A stretch of DNA of 64,000 bases from Mayamaea pseudoterrestris (taxonomy: Eukaryota). Below are positions 47,592-58,706 of the stretch, one piece after another (position 1 is the first letter of the stretch; the number at the start of each line of letters is the position of its first letter). A program made the translations under genes and the position numbers. The notes under the pieces were generated by a model, which saw only the letters and a list, made by a program, of their open reading frames with translations, ran no database searches and was not told the origin of the DNA. Location of the stretch: NCBI GenBank assembly GCA_027923505.1, contig BROI01000020.1:310001-374000 (forward strand), given 5' to 3'.

Positions 47592-49524
47592 TCATTCAGA
47601 CTTGATCTTGACTCCTTCAGAGCACCCAATTAGCTCAGCACGATGCGAATATAGGGTACCGGTAGCAGGGCGTAGTAGCGGAAGTCGAAGCATGTGGCTG
47701 ACTCTCTTCCGGAGGCCATCCCATTCTTTCCAGGATATCATAGAAAGCTGTAGCGCGGCAGACACGAGCATCAACGAGGCAATTCCACCAAATACAACAC
47801 GAAGTCTGAAAAGACGAGCATTCTGTGAGTATGCCAATTCATCGTGAACTTTGCTGGACATGGGAGAACTCGACACTTACTTTATAAAATTCGTTGAAAT
47901 AACACCCACTGCAACAATAAGGTTGACAACAATTCGGGGAATGCTCATGATAGAGGCTCTTGCATGAGCAGGAAAATACAACGACCGTATCACACCTTCA
48001 CATGGCCGAAAAGTACCCATCAGAAACTCCAGCGCTAAAAACGCAACGAGACAAACCGAGAATGACTTGTCGCTATCCTCGGTGAACATGCAAGGTAAAG
48101 CCAATAGACACGCCGATAGAGCATAGCATGCCGCTGCAAGGAGTTCAACGGCCATGGGGCGAACGGTGACTACTTCGCCATCAACTTCAACAGTTTCCAT
48201 GTCGTTGTCGCTTTGGTTTGATGGCGAAAAAATGTTTGACATACACCTTCGAAGCCAAGGAGCAACGAGGCCACCCATGACACCCGCAGCCATAAAGGCA
48301 CCAAAGATTAGTCCGTAGGCAGGCTCGCTATATGTATCCAAGCCCCAGCTACTAGCTAGCGCTTCTTTCGCTAGCGCAGCTAACGCGGGCGACCACAAAA
48401 AGATGAATACATTGACCGACCCTTCGCTAAATGACTGGATGATGCCCACTCGAAGCATCTTTGAATCTCGCCTATATGCTTCAACGGCTTCGCGAAAGTA
48501 TCCCGACATGCCTCGTGGTGCTTCGCCCTGTTGGTGCCCGTAATTCTCAGACCATAGTAAAGCAATGACTCCAAGAGCAATCGCAGTGCTCGTCACTGCT
48601 CCCTTGAACGGTCCGACGGGACCATATGCCACAGCCAGAGCATGGCTCAACCCTCCAGACGCAATCGCTGCAATGTTGCTAACAATCACCGAGTCACGAT
48701 GAATCAGCTCGTACTTCTCCGTGGGCAGCCCCCTCCGCCTGAATTCCGTGTCTAGCCATGTTTCGAAAACAGACGATAGCAGATTGGTAGTGAAGCCACC
48801 AATCATGCGACTGGCAATCAATCCAGCCAGTATTGGAAACTGCTCTAACCAGTTGATTGTTATTTCCAGACAGCAGTATAATATGGCAGCCTTCTTTCTG
48901 CCAAATTTGTCGATAATTTGGCCAGTAACCGGGGACATCAATCCGCCAGCCAAGAAGCCTAAACAATACAGCGACGCCACCGAATATCCATAGCTTTCGT
49001 ACAGCACGTATAGATGCGTCCCTGAAAGGAAGATAACAGAAAGAGTCAGCCAAAAATTCATTGGATAGTGTGCCATCCGGACTTTCTCCGTCCTCCGTGA
49101 CAATCCTGCTCTCACCTTGTAGCCCATCGGCGAGCATGACCACAAACGTGACAATAAGATACGTCCACTTTAGCAAAGCAAATTCTTGCTCCTGTCTCTT
49201 GTGCTGATCGACATCCAACACAACATTTTCGACACTAGCGACGGATGTGTCTGATCCATCCATGGACGACGACGATGTACTCCGACTTTCCTCAGAAAAC
49301 GCCAAAGAGCTGGCTGTACAATCGTCATCCTCCAATGCCAGACATGGCTTTGTACATATTGTATTGTCTGCATTATTGTCACTCGTCTCGTCCATACTGC
49401 CGCTGCTACACAGGCCTCCATAGGCCGCAAATGCCAGCTGGGAAACGAGCGAGTGCTGCCGAATCGCCGATGATGACGCATCCGATGGCAACTTTTTGAG
49501 CGCCTTGCTCGTTAACTGATCCAT
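47592..49524 (-). CDS. MFSD5/MOT2 molybdate-anion transporter family; introns 49115-49022 and 47880-47806
   Basis: YLIVTFVVMLADGLQG-THLY, DKFGRKKA, TNLLSSVFETW, FIFLWSP, FRPCEG..RS; in-phase GT-AG introns. Confidence 0.88.
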
Positions 49525-50668
49525 CACGTTCTTTTCAGAAGTGTAGTAGCCTGTGTATCGAAAACAAAGACAGACAAGCAAGTTCAAGAGGCAGCTGGGC
49601 GTTGGGATTTTGTGTGGAAATTGTGAGGACTCGCAACAGCGAGGAGAGCAAGAAAGGGGCTTAAATGGTTTGCGGCGACCCAGTGGAGCTCGACCGATTT
49701 CGTCGTATCTTTTGAGTGTCGCAGCATAGACAGGCGCGTGCACAAATAAATGAGCGTGATTCATGCGTGTGCTCATCTATCTCGCATCCGACGAAGGGGT
49801 TCCATGGCCCAAATAAGACTGTCAGGATAGAATGTCTTCAGTGACGTCATGATGACTATTTTGACATTTTTTAGTTATGTATCACATTTCATTCACGACT
49901 CGACGGGCTTTCCAACGGTAACCAACGAGTAAAAATCGGAGCGGAGGTGCGCGAGCAATCCTAAGACGCAGTCGAGTACCGATGGATGTCGCACTTGCCC
50001 GCTTGAGCGAAAAACGTTCCGCACCTCAACATCCCCAAAGAATCTATTCACGAGCGACGGGACCAGTCTGCGCCAACATCTTTCTTTATAAATTGTTAGT
50101 TGGTTGTCTTTAGATTGATGTAGAAGCTTGGTTGCACTGTCGCTGCTTTGCGCGTTGGTGAAAAAGGGCGACGCGAACTTGATTTGAAGTTTTCTCGTGA
50201 CGTCCGTCCGGCGCTTGATGACGTCACTGAAGGATTTCTATCCTGACAGTCTTAAATGTTGCCTATTCTTGTATGCGCAGATATGCGGGAGCATGACGAC
50301 GGTTATATCGTGAACCCTTCGCCTTTTAAGTAGGAATAGTGAATAATCCACGATCAAGCCAGTGCAGTCGGGTAAAGCTTCGCAGATCGTGTATTGCGTT
50401 AGATACGCGCTTGAACGAGGTTGATTGAGAAGAGGAACATGGATTTCGAAATTTGAATATGCAGCTTGTCTGTACCACGCATCAGTATGTGCGAAGTACC
50501 GCGCGAATCTAGGCAAGTCTTTGCAACAGGTGTGCCAAGACATTGGAAGTCGTCATTGGTGTTCAGTTGCAAGGCGGCAACCATGGGCATGCGCAAGTTC
50601 TTTCATTCCATGGTGCAATGTGTGCGACTCAGTAGCTCCTTCAGACTTATGGCATAGCCGTTACTTCG

Positions 50669-51868
50669 TCAATCGTCTCCTCCATCATTGCCTTGGTAAT
50701 TTTGCAGCGCCATGATTTGCTGCGGTAAACATGGCACGCGGCAAATGGGACATGATTCGTGCCGTTGCACCCACTGCTGCAGGCAGCTCCAGCACATGAC
50801 ATGGCCGCACTTGACGGAGCACGCCGGATGAATGCGAGTTTGTCGGCAAATGACACAAACTCGAGTGTCTTTGCTGCTGTTCAGTGCCGACGATGCGGGC
50901 GGCGGGGATTGCGGAGTGTTTGAGTAAAACTGAATGGGCGATTTTGCAGCATCCGCCGGCAATGACGCGGGAAAGCAATCAGCGAGCCACTCCACAAGTC
51001 GCGAGCCCAAGTGCGGCACCAGAGTTCCGAAAGCTTGTAACAATATAAGTAGACCGACGATGCGAGCCGTCGTTGGCTTATGGGTGAGCTTGCTTTCATT
51101 CTCGTTTTGCCTCAACTCGAGACGAAACAGTCGATGCATCCATGTAGAATATTTCGCATCGAGACAGTACCAAGCCAAATGGAGGCGAAATAACCAGGCG
51201 CCGAGCGAGAATGTGGTAGGGTTACTGCTGGTAGACGAGTCGATTGTTGCATGCGGTCCTTCCGTATCACTCATTGACAGCCCAGAAGCTAGCTCCTGAG
51301 CGGCTCGTTGAATAAATTGTTTACTCTGGTGCAAAATTACTCGAAAAGGTGCATTATCCGTGGATGTGGCTGCTATCGATTGTCTCATTGCACGTGTATG
51401 TTGCTGCAAGATTCCACTCTGACGTTCCGTCTGCGATAGCTGCTCATTAGACGCCGCACGCTCCATCATGCGCCTCCTTTGCTGCTCATGCATGAGTTGG
51501 CGTTGCCTTCCTCGTAGCGTCTCATGGGTGCGGCCTTGCGTCGCGTCATTTTCGTTAGCGGCGGAGTTTGCCAGTCGTCGCACAAAGTAAATGGTGGTGG
51601 ACGCGAAAAGTGAGCCGACAACAAGTCTCCACTTGCTTCCATTCTTGTATTCTACATTCACTGCTTCCTGTCCGAGGGACTTGCCCTTTCGCATCAATAC
51701 AAGAATGATATAAAAGATACTAGCGAGAAAGGAAGCATCCATCTCGCGACGATTCTCGGTAATTTGCTGCGGCAAGATTCGTAGTAACAGCGTCTTGCAT
51801 TGCTCCAAATAGCGAGCGTCCTTTGCAAGTGCCAATAAAACATCAGGTACAATGTTGCTACTGCTCAT
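50669..51868 (-). CDS. PEX10: Peroxisomal RING E3 ligase PEX10-like
   Basis: PDVLLALAKD..Y, SLGQE, RLHLAWY...Y...HR; C3HC4 RING CVIC..CGHVMCWSC..CPICR. Confidence 0.78.
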   Translation of the reverse strand: MSSSNIVPDVLLALAKDARYLEQCKTLLLRILPQQITENRREMDASFLASIFYIILVLMRKGKSLGQEAVNVEYKNGSKWRLVVGSLFASTTIYFVRRLANSAANENDATQGRTHETLRGRQRQLMHEQQRRRMMERAASNEQLSQTERQSGILQQHTRAMRQSIAATSTDNAPFRVILHQSKQFIQRAAQELASGLSMSDTEGPHATIDSSTSSNPTTFSLGAWLFRLHLAWYCLDAKYSTWMHRLFRLELRQNENESKLTHKPTTARIVGLLILLQAFGTLVPHLGSRLVEWLADCFPASLPADAAKSPIQFYSNTPQSPPPASSALNSSKDTRVCVICRQTRIHPACSVKCGHVMCWSCLQQWVQRHESCPICRVPCLPQQIMALQNYQGNDGGDD

Positions 51869-52083
51869 GATGCTGTTATGTATAGTAAATCCCGCATCGT
51901 TAGTCGTCTTCTTGACTCGCTTGTCGTCGTCGTCGTTTTGTGTCGTGGTTCGTGGTTGTCGGCTAAAAAAGCATCGCAGCGGTACTAACTGCGACACTCG
52001 TGGCCCTTCGTCGTCTCCGATGAATCACAGTCGCGTCTCCCTCGTTTGTTTCCCATTCATTTGCCCAACAAAACCGACAGACT

Positions 52084-53811
52084 ATGGATCCTACAAATAA
52101 AATCCCCGACAAAAAGGAAGACGCTTCTATTGCAGCGCAAACAGTCACTTCACTGAAGAAACGCAAGCGACCTGCTGCCACCAAAAAGGCTGCAGCGAAG
52201 CCAATCAACGTTACATCGTCGTCCGCTGCTTCAACCATTATAACTCCACCGCCCACTAAAATACTAGTCATTGACAATGGAGGCGACACGGTCAAGTATG
52301 GCTGGAACACGGATGATGCGCCGCAAGTAATCAGCAACATTACGGCGCGCCTGCCGCAGCAATGGACCCTGTTAGTGGGAGATCAACTACAATCCATTCA
52401 AAATCCCAATCAACTCTTTGGTTTGACGCGATCCACGGAGCGCGGCATGATTGTGAACCTTGGTAACCAAGTGCATGTTTGGAAACGTATGTTGGATCTA
52501 TTGAACGTGGCAGTGGCACCGCACGCAACGTCGGATGCAGCGCAAGCGTTTGGATGGAAAAAGGTAAACGCAGCGACTGCCAACGTCACTGCGGCAAGCA
52601 CTTGCGCCGTACTGATTGCACTGCATCCGTTCTGTCCAAGGTCAGTACTGGATGCCGTCGTGAACGTTTGGATGAACGACTTTGGATTCAGTCACGTTGG
52701 TGTTTGCGTATCGACGGCGTGCGCGCGGAGCGAGCACTTGGAGTATTCGACGAGTCTGACGGTGGATCTTGGATGGAGTGCGACGCACATTGTTCCAACC
52801 GTTGGCAATCAAATGTTGAAGCGGGGCATTCGACGAGTTCCACTTGGAGGTCGACATTTAATCAACATGATGAAGTACTTGTTCACATATCGTCAGTGGA
52901 ATTTGATGGATCAAGAGTGGATCTTGCGAGATGTTTTGGAAAAGGCAGCTTTTGTTTCGTTAAATTTCAAGCAAGACATGCAGATAGCATCGAGAATAGG
53001 CAGGGGTCGGCGCCCATTTGATCGGGAGTACTTGCTTCCAGATTACCAAGAGACCTTTGTCGGGTCCATACGGCTTCCCGCTCCGCTTTTAAAGCAGTTG
53101 GAGCACGAGCTAAACCAAGAATCTGACGAGGAAGACGAGGAGGACGACTCTAGTGTTGACGAAAAAGACTTGATGGAGGAAGACATTGAGGACGATGGCA
53201 ATGACGATGATGAGCCGCAGCAGCAGCTACCGACGCCGTCAAGAAAGAAAAAGCCAAGCAATGACTCGGTCGACGCTGATGACGACGAAGTCGAGGATGA
53301 CGAGGAGGAAGAGACCATGGAGCAGGTGCGGGCTCGCCTTTTGAAGCAACGCGCGGAGGAGGAGCGTCGGCGCCGGGATTTGGAGCAGGAGCACCAAGTG
53401 TTGCAGCTTTCCGTGGAGCGCTTTTCGGTTCCGGAATGCTTGTTTCGGCCGTCAGATGCAGGGTTGTCAACCAAGTTGGCAGGCTTGCCGCAAGCCATTG
53501 TCCAAGCTATTGATGCGTGTGAAGAAATATATCGACCAGCGCTGTATCGCTCGATTCATCTTGTTGGTGGCCTTTCACAGTTAGAAGGTCTGAACGAGCG
53601 TTTGGCGCAGGAGTTGCGGAGCTTGGCTCCTTGTGAGTATTCCATCGGTATGACGAATGCTGAGCGACCTCTTGAACAAGCATGGTTGGGTGCTTGCAAG
53701 TTGTCGAAGGAGAGCGCCGCCTCCATTTGGTCAGTGAGTCGAACCGAATGGGAGGCGCTTGGCAGGAAGGGATCATGGAAGCGTCTCGTTGAATCCGGTC
53801 AGGTAGTTTAG
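52084..53811 (+). CDS. ARP6: Actin-related protein 6 (SWR1 complex)
   Basis: LVIDNGG, VDLGWSATHIVP, YRQWNLMD, EYLLPDY, ERFSVPECLFRPSD, acidic insert. Confidence 0.88.
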   Translation: MDPTNKIPDKKEDASIAAQTVTSLKKRKRPAATKKAAAKPINVTSSSAASTIITPPPTKILVIDNGGDTVKYGWNTDDAPQVISNITARLPQQWTLLVGDQLQSIQNPNQLFGLTRSTERGMIVNLGNQVHVWKRMLDLLNVAVAPHATSDAAQAFGWKKVNAATANVTAASTCAVLIALHPFCPRSVLDAVVNVWMNDFGFSHVGVCVSTACARSEHLEYSTSLTVDLGWSATHIVPTVGNQMLKRGIRRVPLGGRHLINMMKYLFTYRQWNLMDQEWILRDVLEKAAFVSLNFKQDMQIASRIGRGRRPFDREYLLPDYQETFVGSIRLPAPLLKQLEHELNQESDEEDEEDDSSVDEKDLMEEDIEDDGNDDDEPQQQLPTPSRKKKPSNDSVDADDDEVEDDEEEETMEQVRARLLKQRAEEERRRRDLEQEHQVLQLSVERFSVPECLFRPSDAGLSTKLAGLPQAIVQAIDACEEIYRPALYRSIHLVGGLSQLEGLNERLAQELRSLAPCEYSIGMTNAERPLEQAWLGACKLSKESAASIWSVSRTEWEALGRKGSWKRLVESGQVV

Positions 53812-54176
53812 CCCAACATGGGTTCATTTGAAATTGTGTCAGCTGCTGTCACCTCTGCACGGTAACTGTTGTTCTGGTTTTGATCTGTAACTCGCCGCTA
53901 CGTCAACGGCAATCGAGTACTTGATGATTTAGAATAGTCTGTCGAAACAAAATATCAGCGGCGACAGCTTCTGCTTGCTTCGATAACTTCAACAACTCGG
54001 TCAGCGGCATTCTCTATGTGGCAAGCAGTCGTTATTCGTACTACCGGTAGATGCGACGCTTGTGTCAATAGGATATAAAATGAAAGGGCAATGTTTTATT
54101 TTTTATCGAGCCATCTACAAGGCTGTGATGGCAGCAGTGAGTTTAATGCACTATAGTATTGATCATTTTCTTTCCA

Positions 54177-54692
54177 TCAACGTCGCAGGGCGCCTTCAAA
54201 AAGGGGACAACCTGATTTTATGTCAATGTAACCGTTTTTCGAACGGGAATGCCGCATAAGGTGGGCTTTAAATGCCTCATAGATTCGTGAAGTAACGCTA
54301 GACAACTCAAAGGTTTCACCAGCGAGGAACCGTTTGGCGCTCTCCAACGTTGGAGACTCCACGAAATCCACCGTTATATTTTTGGATCCTCCCATAAACT
54401 CCATCGAAAGATGAGCCTTGCCGCTTGCGTTTGACAAAACGTATCCACCCTTGCGACTGCGATTCGCTGCGAAAACTGCGTCAACCGCCTCGGTCAACGT
54501 GTCCATGGAAACTGATGGAAGAGGTAGGTTGTTTGCTACCAGCGGTTCTGCTCGAGTCTGCGTCAGTGTCGACTCTTCAGGGGGCTTGAGGCACGCCATG
54601 CATCGTTTCACCTCCGTGCCTTTCTTCTTGAACTGGCTGGCAGAAAAGCTTTTACGAGGCAAATTTTGATTGCATAAACCACAAGTAGGCAT
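54177..54692 (-). CDS. Stc1-like zinc-finger protein, paralog A
   Basis: MPTCGLCNQNLPRKSFSASQFKKK..KRCMAC; similar along its length to 55001..55570. Confidence 0.75.
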   Translation of the reverse strand: MPTCGLCNQNLPRKSFSASQFKKKGTEVKRCMACLKPPEESTLTQTRAEPLVANNLPLPSVSMDTLTEAVDAVFAANRSRKGGYVLSNASGKAHLSMEFMGGSKNITVDFVESPTLESAKRFLAGETFELSSVTSRIYEAFKAHLMRHSRSKNGYIDIKSGCPLFEGALRR

Positions 54693-55000
54693 TATGAACA
54701 AAGACTACTAGTCTGTTTGCGTAACTGGTAGCTGAATCTTGGTGGAGACAAGCCAGCTTTCACGCTGTGGACTTGTATCTTGTGCCGTCAGATATCGCGA
54801 CGAAAAGATCGCGTAAAAGATCGCATATCATCGCATCGGTACCCACGGCAAGATAAAGATATAGTGCCGATACGACACGATGTCATCACGATATTTCTTT
54901 CGAGACAGCTTCCTCATTTTATAAGCAAACCGTTTAGCATCAAGAAGAGTGACAAAGCATCGATCGGTAGACAATTAGCAGTCTATTAGAAGAGCTCATA

Positions 55001-55570
55001 ATGCCCATTTGTGGTGTTTGTAATCAAAATTTGCCCCGAGGGCGCTTTTCTAGCAGCCAGCTCAAGAAGAAAGACGATGCCATGAAACGATGCATGGAGT
55101 GCCGCTCCGCATCCCTCGGCATTCAGCGTCAGCCCGTTACTTCCATCACTGGAGCTAGCATTCAAGCAAAATCCTTTGTGCCGACGGTGCATCTTCGTGC
55201 GGTTGCCAGCAAAAGTACAAGCACGCGTACACTGACCGATACGATTGCAACTGTTTATGCAACAGCAGGCCGTGGGATCGGTGGATTGATATTGGTCAAC
55301 ACGGCAACAGGCAATACATTTTTGTCCTTGGAATTTATGGGAAAAGGCGTGCTGAGTGTTATGGGAGTCGAATTTGTAGAATCCCCAACCATGGAGAGTG
55401 CCGAGAGATTTTTGAGGGGAGAAACCTTTGAGGTCGCTCGCATCAGTTCCTTTGTCTACAACGATTTCAAGACCCATCTGGTGCAAACTTCTCGATCGAA
55501 GGACAATCTGATTGATCTTTTATCTGGGTGCTATCTGTTTGAAGGTGTTATACAGCGCGTGTTAGCCTAA
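55001..55570 (+). CDS. Stc1-like zinc-finger protein, paralog B
   Basis: MPICGVCNQNLPRGRFSSSQLKKK..KRCMEC; shares LSxEFMG, FVESPTxESAxRFLxGETFE, SRSK, SGCxLFEG with paralog A. Confidence 0.75.
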   Translation: MPICGVCNQNLPRGRFSSSQLKKKDDAMKRCMECRSASLGIQRQPVTSITGASIQAKSFVPTVHLRAVASKSTSTRTLTDTIATVYATAGRGIGGLILVNTATGNTFLSLEFMGKGVLSVMGVEFVESPTMESAERFLRGETFEVARISSFVYNDFKTHLVQTSRSKDNLIDLLSGCYLFEGVIQRVLA

Positions 55571-55690
55571 TAGCTGTCAAAGCTGAGGCAATGCAACATG
55601 CAAAAACACGATTAAACGTCGCGTAAAGCTATATATGTTTGATATTGTCACGTTTATAACTTGCATTAACTTGCATCAATGTAATAGGCG

Positions 55691-55759
55691 CTACGTTGAA
55701 GGAGGAAGCTCAGGCTCTACGTTGTAGGAGGAAGCTCAGGCTCTACGTTGAAGGAGGAA
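55691..55759. repeat. 26-bp tandem repeat, about 2.7 copies
   Basis: ctacgttg(a/t)aggaggaagctcaggct units at 55691, 55717 and 55743 (partial). Confidence 0.9.
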
Positions 55760-55887
55760 TTCGGTTTCCAGAGATAATCTCTTGCAGAAGTACTACTAGG
55801 TCAATTACTTGCCGCTTTACCAACACCAGAGGATACTGTCTTCTCCGTACAAATTATATTATCTGTAATGCAATCAAGTTAATATTA

Positions 55888-56877
55888 CTAATTCAAGTTG
55901 AACTTATTCATGTCAACAAACTCCACGCCCGGTGGCAATGCTTCGGGAGGCGGAATCGTCGACGGGTCAGACGTATCAATGGTGGTTGCCGCGTTGCGCA
56001 TTAAACTCTGTTGGTGAATAATCTTTCGAATCTGCGCCTGCGTCGAGTCGTCATACTCTTGAATATGGCGCCGCGAGTCTACTAGAGTCGTATCGATTTC
56101 CTCGTCGCCATGAAAGACAGACTTCCAAAAGGTGCGATTCTGCTTGTATAGAATGAGAGTCAAGATTCCACTTTCAATGCTCCACGTTGATTCGCTGGGC
56201 TTAATTGCTTCGTTCAAATCGCCATTCAAAAACTCTCGTGGCTCTGTTTCGCCTGGCAGCGGAGCCTTGGATTTGACTCGAATATGCTTTGCCTGAAACT
56301 GGACGTCCAAATCCTTGCCGCGGCTGCATTCCGGAGGCACGGGCAGTAGAACGGTACACTCCTCGAGATTTTGAGTCCATTTGAAAGTTGCTGTAGATCC
56401 CCCGTTACCGACCGGAATTTGCTTGCCGTCATCATTGTACCGGACGCCATGCATTGGATCCGTCAATTCCTCTTGTGCGGTCGTCGTTGCTATCGATTTG
56501 GGAGCAGATTCAGCTTTCACCTTCGCGGCTGGCTTTTTATCATCTTCTTCAACGTTATCTGTAGCTGATGTATCGGCAGAGCCCGCTGTTTTGGAGTCAT
56601 TGCTTACTTCCTTGGGCGGCATGCGATGCAAGGGAAACTGTCGAAAGGCGGCGAGCAAAAGCTTCTCCGCATCTCCCTCCACAAATCCCCTTCCAGACTT
56701 GTTGACTCCATTTTGAATATCATCAGGGTGAGGTACCATGTAAAAGTCTGTCCGGCGATGTAAAAAGCTGAAAAAGGCGTAGAGAAACTTGCGGTGGTCG
56801 CCTCCGCTCCAGTTGGCCAGCGCCATGAGTGGAGCGTCAATCACTTGCGTCGTTCGCGGATCGCGAGGATCCGGCAT
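55888..56877 (-). CDS. NudC-family (CS/p23 domain) protein; start could be up to 57000
   Basis: FFSFLHRRTDFY, GNGG..FKWTQ, ESTWSIE, W..VF.GD.EIDT, D.STQAQIRK. Confidence 0.85.
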   Translation of the reverse strand: MPDPRDPRTTQVIDAPLMALANWSGGDHRKFLYAFFSFLHRRTDFYMVPHPDDIQNGVNKSGRGFVEGDAEKLLLAAFRQFPLHRMPPKEVSNDSKTAGSADTSATDNVEEDDKKPAAKVKAESAPKSIATTTAQEELTDPMHGVRYNDDGKQIPVGNGGSTATFKWTQNLEECTVLLPVPPECSRGKDLDVQFQAKHIRVKSKAPLPGETEPREFLNGDLNEAIKPSESTWSIESGILTLILYKQNRTFWKSVFHGDEEIDTTLVDSRRHIQEYDDSTQAQIRKIIHQQSLMRNAATTIDTSDPSTIPPPEALPPGVEFVDMNKFNLN

Positions 56878-57160
56878 AGCAGGCGATGGTCTACTAGTGT
56901 GAGGAGAATTAGGGACACTCATGACAAGATCAAGGAGTGTGAGTGCTGCTTGCGAAGGTGAGTTTGTATTTGTGACGATGCTTGCGAAGGCTTTCGCCAT
57001 GGTGGATCGTGCGGACGTGACGAGCGTGACACGATAAATCCGTGTCACGCGCAGTCCTACCGGTACTCAAATCCATCCACATGAATTGGCGAGGTTGCAT
57101 GGTTGTTGGAATTTGAAATGATGCTGCCGATGGTTCTTTGATCCCGAATTGACTCTGTAA

Positions 57161-58336
57161 ATGCGTTCAATACCGCGGAGGCTCGTAAGCTGCATAAGTT
57201 TTTTGAATGTAATTGCCTCGAAATGGTGTAGTCAATCCTTTTTCGTCGCACCATCCGCTAAGCGCCCGCCACAATCATCTTCTTCCTCCTGCATCGAACG
57301 CTTACGACAAGCCGTCCATGACCAACAAAGTCTCACAAATAACGCAAATGAAGTATGTCCGCCAATGACAACTGCATTACTAAAGATTAGTTACGATGGT
57401 GGACGCTTTAAGGGCTTTTCTGCCGCCAATGATGAGCAAACATCAACTGGCTCTCTTAGAAGCATCCAAGGCACCATTCAGGACTGTTTGTCACGACTAA
57501 ACGGAAACCTGCCAGTAGTTGTCGAAGGCTGCAGTCGCACCGACAAGGGAGTCCATGCCTACGGTTTGGTGGCGCAGTTTTATTGCATCGATCCCCTACT
57601 GTTTCACGAAACCGCCAATGAGACAACCATGAGCTCATTCAGTATACCCGGCAAACGGCAACCACATCCGTGGAACAAGACGGATGCATCATACTTTAAG
57701 GCTATTCCAGGTGACTTGGCAAGCATTCAGTACAAGCTCAATCGCATGCTTCCAAAAGATGTGCGCATTGTCAATATTGCTCCACTTCCCGACCTTGGTG
57801 CATCAACAGTCTTTCATCCTACCTTGTCGTGTACATGCAAGACCTATGAGTATACGCTTTCATGTGGAGAAGTCCATGATCCTACGCAGTGGCGAAGCAC
57901 CTGGCATATTGGCAATGAGTTGTTAGATTTGGATGCCATGAGGGCAGCCTGCCAAGAAGTCTTTGTTGGGTCCCATGACTTTACCGCGTTTCGAGGAGCT
58001 CCAAGAGGCAAGGACGACAGAATGAAGCATTCAAAACAAAATCCCATTTGCAATATTCAAAGCATGACCATCAGTGAAGACACTAGTCGTTCGTGGTCGG
58101 AGAATACCAAGGTTTACAAGGTAGCTGTCACGGGCGACCGCTTCCTCTACAAAATGGTTCGCTTCCTGGTCGGAGCCGTGGTAGCAATAGGACACCACAA
58201 ATTGTCAACGGAAGATTTGCAACATGCCTTGACAAGTAAAATACGAGATGGTCTGCCCTTGTTTGAGTGCGCGCCAGCAAAAGGTTTGGTGCTGGCAGAC
58301 GTTGCGTACGATGGCAATGAGATTGATTGGCATTAA
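57161..58336 (+). CDS. truA: tRNA pseudouridine synthase A family
   Basis: ISYDGGRFKGF, GCSRTDKGVHA, LN..LPKDVRI, GSHDFTAF, RFLYKMVRFLVG, APAKGL. Confidence 0.92.
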   Translation: MRSIPRRLVSCISFLNVIASKWCSQSFFVAPSAKRPPQSSSSSCIERLRQAVHDQQSLTNNANEVCPPMTTALLKISYDGGRFKGFSAANDEQTSTGSLRSIQGTIQDCLSRLNGNLPVVVEGCSRTDKGVHAYGLVAQFYCIDPLLFHETANETTMSSFSIPGKRQPHPWNKTDASYFKAIPGDLASIQYKLNRMLPKDVRIVNIAPLPDLGASTVFHPTLSCTCKTYEYTLSCGEVHDPTQWRSTWHIGNELLDLDAMRAACQEVFVGSHDFTAFRGAPRGKDDRMKHSKQNPICNIQSMTISEDTSRSWSENTKVYKVAVTGDRFLYKMVRFLVGAVVAIGHHKLSTEDLQHALTSKIRDGLPLFECAPAKGLVLADVAYDGNEIDWH

Positions 58337-58706
58337 CCGAATTCGAGTTTGCGGAATGTAAAAAGCAATTGTAATGAAATCCACCATTTGATTCTTTCTT
58401 CGAGCAATTCAACGCCGTGCTGAACGCATCTAAACTATTTACTACGCGTAAAGGTACCAATGAAGACGCCGACTGTGGTGCACGTATACCGAGAAGAGGC
58501 GGTAGTACTATAGCAAGGATTGGAGGGTAGTGCTACTTATAAAAAAATTCTCCAAAGATCTAAAGCCTTGCTTTCGTTCTACCGGTAGTTGAGCGTCACA
58601 TGAAACGACACGACAGAGTTTTGTCCAATGCGTGGACGCTTTGACGTTACCCATCCAGCGGATTGAGAGAAACTCAATGTTAACAGTTTTTGCGCCATTT
58701 AACCCG

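Noticed and set aside
41138..55570. Silencing/chromatin gene cluster (HDAC, MOV10-like, ARP6, Stc1-like pair)
   Set aside because: Interspersed with PEX10, MFSD5 and TFIIH; no evidence of co-regulation; the HDAC has an organelle-like presequence
55691..55759. CRISPR-like repeat
   Set aside because: Units are contiguous with no unique spacers, there are no cas genes, and the context is eukaryotic
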